From an uncultured delta proteobacterium (lineage in GTDB: Bacteria > Desulfobacterota > Desulfuromonadia > Desulfuromonadales > BM103), in NCBI GenBank assembly GCA_963715335.1, contig CAVQRZ010000043.1, forward strand, positions 1-64,000: a DNA stretch of 64,000 bases, read 5' to 3'. Positions 30,230 through 37,578 of this stretch are shown piece after piece; position 1 is the stretch's first letter; every line of letters starts with the position of its first letter. The notes below the pieces were generated by a model. That model saw only the letters and a program-made list of their open reading frames with translations, was not told the DNA's origin and did no database searches. A program made the position numbers and the translations under genes.

Positions 30230-31117
30230 TTAGAATTGAAAATTCAGAGTCATGGTCAGGTCTTTACGCAACTGATTTGTGAGCGACAGGTTCCACTTAC
30301 GTGCGGCCTTTGTTGCCCCGTAGACGTTACCGAGATAGAAAGGCAAGCCGATGCCGCCGACGATTCCAGCCAAGGCGTAGTTTTCATCGTCAATTGCGGC
30401 AACCGTTCCAGCAATGAACAGACCGTTGACCAAGAAAGCCATAAGACCGTCTTTGTAATGCTCCGCATACATCTGCCCGCTACCAGGGAGGACAGTAGAC
30501 AATGCGCCGGCCAGGGCCGGGGATTTCTTTGACCGCGCTTCGTAAGTATCGAGAAGGCTGAATGAATCCTGGATTTCGGTTGACCGCTCATCTTCAGGAT
30601 AATTAACTTGGAAATTTATCAATTCGGACCGAGTTTTGGGGATGTCATCCTGTGCCGTAGCGTTCAGAATCAGACCAACATGAGCATTGACTGCGGCAGG
30701 GTGTTTTACGTCAAATAGACGGGCTCGTTCGTATGCCAGGGCCGCGGCGTCAGGCATGCCGAGCTTTTCATAACTCAACCCCTCGTAAAAAGCTGCGCTG
30801 CTGAAATAGTTGGACGCGTAGGTCTGTCGTACCTTGGCAAAGCTCTTCACTGCCGATGCGTAATCTTTACCCTTATAATAGGCCATACCAATCTCGTAGA
30901 GGGCCTCGGGCAGGCGCTGTGAATCCGGGAATAGAATGACCAATTTTTTGTATTCCGTGATCGCTCTGTAGTAGTCCCCCTCGGCCATAAAGGCGTTCCC
31001 CAAAACCATCTGGAGATCATCGGTGAGTTCAATGCCCTGTGCTGCGCTTGAGACAGGCCCTTGACAGAACAAAAGCAAAATCAAAAGGATTACAGAAAGG
31101 GAGTTCCGTTTACTCAT
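30230..31117 (-). CDS. Exported TPR (BamD/YfiO-like) protein with C-terminal hydrophobic KSP..A..LS...PG.GQ.Y domain
   Basis: Signal peptide; TPR repeats (GDYYRAITEYK..FPDS..ALYEIG); KKSPALAGALSTVLPGSGQMY. Confidence 0.82.
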   Translation of the reverse strand: MSKRNSLSVILLILLLFCQGPVSSAAQGIELTDDLQMVLGNAFMAEGDYYRAITEYKKLVILFPDSQRLPEALYEIGMAYYKGKDYASAVKSFAKVRQTYASNYFSSAAFYEGLSYEKLGMPDAAALAYERARLFDVKHPAAVNAHVGLILNATAQDDIPKTRSELINFQVNYPEDERSTEIQDSFSLLDTYEARSKKSPALAGALSTVLPGSGQMYAEHYKDGLMAFLVNGLFIAGTVAAIDDENYALAGIVGGIGLPFYLGNVYGATKAARKWNLSLTNQLRKDLTMTLNFQF

Positions 31118-31565
31118 AGCTGGCTCGGTTGGTTTTTTCGACCGGGTCGTGCAAAGACCCGTTCGGCAGCCGCGGATAATCCATGCCTGGCTCAGTCCAA
31201 TAACTGCAGCGCATCAGACGATCAGCTGTCATGACGACCCCTGTGAAGGGGCCGTGTTCATGGACTGCGTCGTAGCCAAACTGGGAACACGTTGGTGAGA
31301 AGCTGCAACGTTGGCCATCGACCGGCGAAAGCCATTTCTGGAAGAATCGCACACTGCCTAATAAAGCGGAACTTAGGATTGAAGATGGTGTGTCAGGACG
31401 AGGGGGTTGAGATATCGAGACCTGAATACCCTGTGGGGATTTCATGTCACGGGTTTCCAAGTCTTGCGCCGTACAGGTTGTGCCATGCAAAAACCAGAGG
31501 ACAAGAAACCCCGCACAAAAACTGGCGGGGCTTCGCATGAATAAAGATAGAGTCAAACCATGCAT
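31110..31565 (-). CDS. YidD-like (membrane insertion efficiency / haemolytic domain) protein
   Basis: FQKWLSP..G.RCSFSPTCSQFGYDAV..HG...ADRLMRC; N-terminal extension; start uncertain. Confidence 0.82.
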   Translation of the reverse strand: MHGLTLSLFMRSPASFCAGFLVLWFLHGTTCTAQDLETRDMKSPQGIQVSISQPPRPDTPSSILSSALLGSVRFFQKWLSPVDGQRCSFSPTCSQFGYDAVHEHGPFTGVVMTADRLMRCSYWTEPGMDYPRLPNGSLHDPVEKTNRASYE

Positions 31566-31595
31566 GGCATAAGGTAGGAAAAGTATTAAATACGG

Positions 31596-31817
31596 CTAGT
31601 CAGCCTTAAGAATCTTCTCTTTCGCCTTTTCAAATTCCTCGTCTGTGATAGCGCCTTGATCGTGGGCAGCCTTAAGATCCTGCAGTTGCTGCCCGGCAGT
31701 AGCACCACCACCTTCAGGAGGAGCAACAACAACGGTCTCCTTGCCGCCGCCACAGCAGCCGGCCAAAACAATCGCGATGACAAGAATGACCAGACCACTA
31801 ACAAGAGAGCGTTTCAT
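31596..31817 (-). CDS. Small lipoprotein with SHOCT domain
   Basis: Lipobox LAGC; QLQDLKAAHDQGAITDEEFEKAKEKIL; GGAGG RBS. Confidence 0.88.
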   Translation of the reverse strand: MKRSLVSGLVILVIAIVLAGCCGGGKETVVVAPPEGGGATAGQQLQDLKAAHDQGAITDEEFEKAKEKILKAD

Positions 31818-31962
31818 TTGTAGCCTCCTAAGGCAGATAAAATATTATGGGGAACCGCTGAGATGGAACAGACCACGACTTCCATAATAATGTGCAGTTC
31901 AATTTATGACAAGGGTTTTGGCTACCGTCCTTGGTTAGATATATTCAAAATTGTAATTTTGA

Positions 31963-32039
31963 TGGCGCGCCCGGTAGGAGTCGAACCCACAACCCCCAGA
32001 TCCGAAGTCTGGTGCTCTATCCAATTGAGCTACGGGCGC
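31963..32039 (-). tRNA. tRNA-Arg(UCG)
   Basis: GCGCCCGTAGCTCAATTGGATAGAGCA-CCAGA-CT TCG GA-TCTGG-GGGTT-GTGGG TTCGACT CCTAC-CGGGCGC-G-CCA cloverleaf, 77 nt. Confidence 0.97.
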
Positions 32040-32232
32040 AAATGGAATTTCGATATTCTAACAGATGATGTTGTTATCCTACAAAGCACTCTCAGAAATA
32101 ATAAGGCCACCATTGAAAATCAGGTAGCCATCATTTTTTCGTCTTATAAGGTCTCTATCAATAACACACCCTTTTCTGTCTCAGCAGTGGTCATTTATGC
32201 GACGGCACTGACATCTCCGCCTGTTGCCGGGA

Positions 32233-33231
32233 TCAGTTCGTCGTCATTAGCTTTATCTCCTCCAAGGTTTGGACAAAAGTGCCCTGAAAAGGGCCACCAA
32301 GATCCACTGCACGCTGCGCAGCAGCCAGGGCTTCCTGCCATTTGCCCTGCTCCGCCAGGACATGGGCCAAGTTGTTAAACGGCATACCGTTTTCCGGTTG
32401 GACCAGGGTTGCCTGGTAGAAAGCTTCAGCGGCGGAATCAAGATCATGAAGATTGTACAGGCTGTTGCCAAGGCCTATCCAGGCGACAAAACTTTCATTC
32501 CAGCGGGTCAAGGCGGTGGCATAACCGATTGCAGAAGCCTGCCACTGCCCGACCTTTTCCAACCCGGCAACGGCAGCAAGCCACTCGTCTTCCCCGGCAA
32601 CTTCCGGCAACCGGTCCGGAGGCAGGACCAGAAGGCCCCAGTATCCGCCACGTCGCCAAATATTCTTGAACGTCCATGAACTTACAACCTCGTTGGCAAT
32701 CGGCCCTGAATGAAGGAGGACTTCTTCCTTGCCTTGGTCGTAACCAACGGCCACGGCATAATGCCATCGTGGGTACCAGGAGAAACCAAGATTGACCAGT
32801 ACAACAACTGGATGCCCGGCAGAAATTTCAGCTGTGAGGGACTCGATGCCTGTTATGGGGTATGCAACTCGACCGTGCCTGCGGGCCGATCCGATCAGCG
32901 AGCTCTGCAGGCTGCCCTTGAGGCCGGGAGTATAAACCTCTGTAGATAAATCAGATGGGTGCAAGGCTATCCCGCTCCAGCTCAGAACCATAGCAAGCGC
33001 TGCCGGACCGCACTGCAATTCTTCCTGGGCAAAAAACGGTACATCGACAATCATGGCCTGAGACGGCCTTTCGGCAACCTGAGACAAGTAGCCGGGCCCC
33101 GATAAGCTGCATCCAGTCAGCATTGCACCCATCGCTAAACATGACAGGCCGGCAATCACCCGACTGCCGGCCTGACCCAATGCTGTATCTATTTTTCGTC
33201 TAACGTTGAGGATTAACAAACGAGAAGACAT
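32233..33231 (-). CDS. PA2778-family C39-like cysteine peptidase with TPR tail, probable lipoprotein
   Basis: VPFFAQEELQCGPAALAM, WHYAVAVGYD, LHSG; TPRs; LTGC lipobox; start uncertain. Confidence 0.88.
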   Translation of the reverse strand: MSSRLLILNVRRKIDTALGQAGSRVIAGLSCLAMGAMLTGCSLSGPGYLSQVAERPSQAMIVDVPFFAQEELQCGPAALAMVLSWSGIALHPSDLSTEVYTPGLKGSLQSSLIGSARRHGRVAYPITGIESLTAEISAGHPVVVLVNLGFSWYPRWHYAVAVGYDQGKEEVLLHSGPIANEVVSSWTFKNIWRRGGYWGLLVLPPDRLPEVAGEDEWLAAVAGLEKVGQWQASAIGYATALTRWNESFVAWIGLGNSLYNLHDLDSAAEAFYQATLVQPENGMPFNNLAHVLAEQGKWQEALAAAQRAVDLGGPFQGTFVQTLEEIKLMTTN

Positions 33232-33607
33232 TGGTAAAACCAAGGATATCGGTAATCAATAAAATTACAAAGACAATCAGCGCGGCACCAACTACCGCAC
33301 CGACCGCACTGCCGCCGGCAGGCAATTGATCCATTGCGGAGGCAACCTGGGTTAGTTCTTCACTCGAAAGGCTATCGACTCTTTTTTGTGCTTCGACAGG
33401 GTCAACACCGTACTGAGTCATGATCTGCTTGATATCTTCACGATCCAAAAAGCTGGCAACCTGGGCCCGCTGCGCTGTATCCTGCTGACTAGCGATTACA
33501 GCATCAGTCCCGACCATCTTTGCTTGGGCTGTGGGGACGTTGAAATTGAGCAGAAGAAAAGAAAAAACCAAAAAGAAACTTACTGGCCTCATGATTTGCT
33601 TTAGCAT
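33200..33607 (-). CDS. PA2779-family exported protein
   Basis: Signal peptide (AQA), RVDSLSSEEL..LPAGG, hydrophobic tail LLITDILG. Confidence 0.88.
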   Translation of the reverse strand: MLKQIMRPVSFFLVFSFLLLNFNVPTAQAKMVGTDAVIASQQDTAQRAQVASFLDREDIKQIMTQYGVDPVEAQKRVDSLSSEELTQVASAMDQLPAGGSAVGAVVGAALIVFVILLITDILGFTNVFSFVNPQR

Positions 33608-33760
33608 GCATAACCTCCCGGTAAATTTGGTATAAAAAAGTATATCGTACTCAGTAGTTAATAATCCTAAATGCTAAAGGGCTGTTTGGCAACGCCAAAT
33701 GTCAGAAATCGTTGAGACTGTTAGGGAAAACCTGGAACAATGAATGGCCTTGCTTATACG

Positions 33761-33870
33761 CCTCATGAGAGGGTCGCAAGACAGAGGAGCACTTAAGATT
33801 TTTCTATGCTGTCTATGGTCGCCGACATGCCTCTATCAATAAAAAGCCTGTCCTCGTCTCAGAAGTCGTG
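33761..33870. repeat. Imperfect ~110-bp direct repeat, copy 1
   Basis: Shares ATGAGAGGGTC, TTTTCT..GCTGTCTAT.GTC, CCTCTATCAAT, TCGTCTCAGAAGTCGTG with 34871-34990. Confidence 0.9.
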
Positions 33871-33874
33871 CTAC

Positions 33875-34540
33875 TCAGGAAACCAGCAAAGAGGGCGAAC
33901 CTGCTGAGCTCTCGGTGATAAAACTCCATATGCTCGTACGTGTTTTTTCATCCAAATTGATAAATTTTACGCCGACACGATAATGTTCTTCGGTTGACTC
34001 CCCCGTCATTCTCCTGACCCAGACAACCTTTGCGAGAACAGTTATTGGTTCGTGAAATTTAGGCAATGTCATTTGCAGGGTAGCTATTGTCTTAGCTCTC
34101 AGCAGGTTATCAAACATCTCACATTCAAGAGAGGCGCCTTCTGTGCTTATATCAATTAATTTCACCGTGCTTTTATGATTGTCAGAAACCATTTGCACAG
34201 ATAAGTCACGAGTCATTTTTAGCCGGAAATGGCTTCTTGCCCCCTCCAATAACTCCCTAAGAGTCAGGCAGAATTGGTCGAAACTTTGATTCGTCACGTT
34301 TGATACGGTTTTATCGTTCGCCAGCATCGTTCGCTCGGTTTCAACCTCTTTTAACAGGCTCTCGTAGCGAGAGATCCGCTTATGAAGGTCTTCGCGATGG
34401 ATGGTAAACCCTCTGGTCGCTACAAACACATCTCCAACTGTCACGATCTCCTGGCATTGACTACACCTAGCAGATCTCAACTCGTTGAGAGAAGGCGACT
34501 CAATAACTCCGTTGCACTTCGGGCAACTTGTCTGCAGCAT
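33875..34540 (-). CDS. Zinc-ribbon + coiled coil + PilZ-domain protein
   Basis: CPKC..CSQC; RSHFR and DISTEG PilZ motifs; VVWVR..YRVGVKF. Confidence 0.85.
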   Translation of the reverse strand: MLQTSCPKCNGVIESPSLNELRSARCSQCQEIVTVGDVFVATRGFTIHREDLHKRISRYESLLKEVETERTMLANDKTVSNVTNQSFDQFCLTLRELLEGARSHFRLKMTRDLSVQMVSDNHKSTVKLIDISTEGASLECEMFDNLLRAKTIATLQMTLPKFHEPITVLAKVVWVRRMTGESTEEHYRVGVKFINLDEKTRTSIWSFITESSAGSPSLLVS

Positions 34541-34592
34541 AGCTATTGTCCATTCTGTATCGCCCCTGGTCTTCAGGACACTTTCGGGGCAT

Positions 34593-34628
34593 AAAAAAAC
34601 GCTGGTCAGCTTACAGCCGACAGCAGCG
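34593..34628 (-). terminator. Intrinsic terminator in the leader of the PilZ gene
   Basis: CGCTG-ct-GTCGGC-tgtaa-GCTGAC-CAGCG-T7. Confidence 0.7.
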
Positions 34629-34820
34629 GTTCGGATATCTCTTAAAATGCCCTGAAACCCTTTTGATCATTTCCATCCCCCATGGAACAAATCAAATAAT
34701 CAAGCACCAATCTACAGGAGTAGGAAAAACGGGTAAAGGGTTTTTCTTATTTGTACTTCTGCCTTGCCCGGATGGAAGAGTCTTGGCTCATATCTGTCGT
34801 TCTTACCGATCCTGACAAAT

Positions 34821-34900
34821 AAAAAAGCCCCACTCCACGGAGGGGGATGGGAGCAGGGCAAATTCCTCTGTCCTATGAGAGGGTCATAAGCCAGAGTGAT
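34821..34900 (-). ncRNA. Putative ~80-nt two-hairpin small RNA with C-rich loops
   Basis: TAGACA promoter at 34930-34935; hairpin 1 loop CCCTC; terminator loop TCCCCCTCC then GTGGGGC-T6. Confidence 0.6.
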
Positions 34901-34990
34901 ATGTAAACATATAACAGCTTTTTCTGCGCTGTCTATTGTCTCCTGCATACCTCTATCAATGAGACGCCCGTTATCGTCTCAGAAGTCGTG
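34871..34990. repeat. Imperfect direct repeat, copy 2 (10 bp longer)
   Basis: Manual alignment with 33761-33870. Confidence 0.9.
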
Positions 34991-35041
34991 ACATTTGGGA
35001 AAAGGCCCAAAGATTCGTTTGGCATTATCAAAAGATAAAAA

Positions 35042-35070
35042 TGTAAACCTTTTGATGGCTGCTTCGTCCA
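35042..35070 (+). promoter_or_regulatory. ECF sigma-type promoter
   Basis: TGTAAACC-N15-CGTC matches the AAC/CGT ECF pattern, ~55 bp upstream of the ATG. Confidence 0.55.
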
Positions 35071-35123
35071 ACCCCGCAAAACAATAACCTGACTTATTGA
35101 ACCAATCATTCAAGGAGAATCAA

Positions 35124-35471
35124 ATGAAACGTCGAACACTCACCACCATCGGAATTATGGCAGCGATCTTGATGACCGTCTCAGGGGCCGAAACAGCCTT
35201 CGCAAAAGGCGGTGGCGGAAGAGGGTCAGGCAGCGGGAAAGGCTCTGGCGTTAATGCTGGTGCTGGTATGTCGCAAAAGGGAAACGCATCTCAACACCAA
35301 TACAAGCAACAAAACCAATATCAATATCAACACCAATACAAACAACAAAATCAGCATCAGTATCTTCAAGGCCAGGGCGCTTCCGGCGCACAGCCCGGGA
35401 ATGCGGCGATTCAGGGTGACCAGGTCCAGTCGAGGACCCGAACCAGACTCAGAGACCCGTCCACTCATTAA
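35124..35471 (+). CDS. Exported low-complexity Gly/Gln-rich protein
   Basis: AAGGAG RBS; signal peptide ending AFA; 36-bp tandem repeat 35292-35363; C-terminal RTRTRLRD. Confidence 0.8.
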   Translation: MKRRTLTTIGIMAAILMTVSGAETAFAKGGGGRGSGSGKGSGVNAGAGMSQKGNASQHQYKQQNQYQYQHQYKQQNQHQYLQGQGASGAQPGNAAIQGDQVQSRTRTRLRDPSTH

Positions 35472-35667
35472 AACGGATCGACAGAATCCTCCATGATCGA
35501 CCTCTTGGTGTGTCGTGACCCTCAGAACAAAATTATGGCCATCCATTCCCGGGTGGCCTTGCTTTTGCCGTTTTAAAAGCCATTACCAATAATACGCTTG
35601 TTTTTATCTCGGCAGTCGTAACGACTGAGAGACCTGAACAGAGAACGGATGACCAAAGATGACGACC

Positions 35668-36291
35668 TTACTGGGCCGTAAAAACTGGCAAAAGCAGGCT
35701 ACCGGCGATTAACCACATAACACCACCGATTGCGACATCGAGGATTTTCCATGCGACAGGTTTACGAAAAAGGGGCGCCAGAATTCGGGAACCATAGCCG
35801 AGGCCGTAAAACCAGCCCATTGAGGCACAGACCGCACCGATGGCAAAAGCCGCTCTTTCCCTTTCAGGAAGCTGCCCAGCAATGCTGCCAAGGAGGATAA
35901 CGGTGTCGAGATAGACATGCGGGTTGAGCAGGGTCAGGGCGAAGGTGGTCGCTACTGCCCAGGCCAAGCCCTGTGCAGCGCTCTGCGAATCATCCGCGAC
36001 CAGAGTCTCTGACTTGAACGCTGCAAGGAAAGATCGCGCGCCATAAAAGAACAGGAAGATTGCGCCACCCCAGCGAGCAATCAGCATAAGCTTCCGGGAC
36101 GACGCGACCAGGGTGCCGAATCCAGCAACCCCCAGTAGAATCAGCAACGCATCGCACAGAAAGCAGATCGTGCAGATGGTAAAGACATGTTCCTTCTTCA
36201 ATCCCTGGCGAAGAACGAATGCATTCTGACTGCCGATTGCAATAATTAAGCTGGCGCCAAGAGAGAAGCCCTGTATGAGTGGAGTTATCAT
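35668..36291 (-). CDS. argO: LysE/ArgO amino-acid exporter
   Basis: IIAIGSQNAFVLRQG, LTLLNPHVYLDT. Confidence 0.92.
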   Translation of the reverse strand: MITPLIQGFSLGASLIIAIGSQNAFVLRQGLKKEHVFTICTICFLCDALLILLGVAGFGTLVASSRKLMLIARWGGAIFLFFYGARSFLAAFKSETLVADDSQSAAQGLAWAVATTFALTLLNPHVYLDTVILLGSIAGQLPERERAAFAIGAVCASMGWFYGLGYGSRILAPLFRKPVAWKILDVAIGGVMWLIAGSLLLPVFTAQ

Positions 36292-36307
36292 TTCGACTGC
36301 CTACGCT

Positions 36308-37198
36308 TTATCTCTTCTTCAATAACAGGACACCGAGAAAGATCAGCAACGTCGCCGCATAATCCTCAATGCCGATCGGTTCTCCGACCAATACAGCCCC
36401 GATCAGAAGGGCGATCACAGGTGGGATAAAGGTTACAGATGACGCTGAGACCGCGCCGAGTCTTTCGACAATATAATAGTAGATTATATATGCCAGACCT
36501 GTTCCTAAAAGGCCAAGACCTACAATCAGGCCAAGCGCGGTGTGTGCGCTGGCGAACACTTTGCCAATGCCGTTGTAATCAGTGAACAGCGCCAGGACCA
36601 GAAGTCCAAGCCCCAGCTGGTAGGTTGCGAGGGCCGTTGCTGGAATTTTCAATGGAATGATAAATTTTTTCGCATAGACGAATGAGGCGCCGACGCTGAG
36701 AGAACCTGCAACCATGTAGGCCACACCCTCCAGGCTGGTATCGTTGAGATCTGCACCCGACGGCTGCCCTATGATGACCACGCCAACAAAACCGATCAAG
36801 ATCCCGGCAACTTTCAGCCGGGTGGCTTTTTCCTCTTCAAGGAAGAGCACGGCAAGCACGAAAGAGAAGAGCGGGATAGCGCCGCTGACAGCGCCCGCCA
36901 CTCCAGAGAAGAGCAGAGAGGTGCCTTTAGCATAGCCATAGTAGTAAATCGCCGTAGCCAGCAGGCCCATGACGAAAAAATGGCCGACATGTCTGAGGTG
37001 TTGCCTGCGCAACGCTCCTTTCAGATGAGCATAGACAACGACCGGAAGGAATCCGAACAAAACCCTGACAAAGACGATTTGCAACGGGTTGATAAGGTTT
37101 GCCGCCATTTTCATGTAAATGAAGTTGCTGCCCCAAATCACTCCCAGTGCAACGAAGGCAATGATCGGGAGATATTGCGATTTGTCCTTGGCTCTCAT
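36308..37198 (-). CDS. EamA/DMT-family transporter
   Basis: IWGSNF, GTGLAY, two EamA repeats. Confidence 0.92.
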   Translation of the reverse strand: MRAKDKSQYLPIIAFVALGVIWGSNFIYMKMAANLINPLQIVFVRVLFGFLPVVVYAHLKGALRRQHLRHVGHFFVMGLLATAIYYYGYAKGTSLLFSGVAGAVSGAIPLFSFVLAVLFLEEEKATRLKVAGILIGFVGVVIIGQPSGADLNDTSLEGVAYMVAGSLSVGASFVYAKKFIIPLKIPATALATYQLGLGLLVLALFTDYNGIGKVFASAHTALGLIVGLGLLGTGLAYIIYYYIVERLGAVSASSVTFIPPVIALLIGAVLVGEPIGIEDYAATLLIFLGVLLLKKR

Positions 37199-37578
37199 GG
37201 TGATCTTTCACTTGAAATGCGGCGCTTTGAGGTACGGTCTGGCAGTCGTCCGGCGATTCCCATTCTGTAATTCTTCACAACTCGGGAAGGATTTCGCGTC
37301 CATCGCCTTCATGAGAGGCCCTGGCGCGAGGCTTAATGGCGAGCCTCGCAGATGGGACGTTTTTAGCTATCTTTTCCCGACCAGTGGAAAGCTACAGTCG
37401 AATCTGGGTGAAAAGGTCCGTGAAATCATTCGGGGAGGGCTCTTGCCGTTTCAGGCCATGTTGCTCACTATTGGACATCCCTGAGCAGGGAGATGATCGC
37501 TGCAATATCCCATTGTATGCTGTGGAGCTCGGCAAGCATGGAAACGGCCCCTTGCCCCGGACACCGGCTCAGCCACAG

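Noticed and set aside
31863..32378. 171-aa ORF
   Set aside because: Runs antisense across the tRNA and the peptidase 3' end; no recognisable features
34600..34690. Fluoride or c-di-GMP-I riboswitch in the PilZ leader
   Set aside because: Only GGGGATGG and AACCGC fragments match; the pseudoknot and GEMM core sequences are absent
28720..37570. Integrative element at tRNA-Arg
   Set aside because: Accessory-looking genes, but no integrase or transposase and no duplicated tRNA 3' end found by eye
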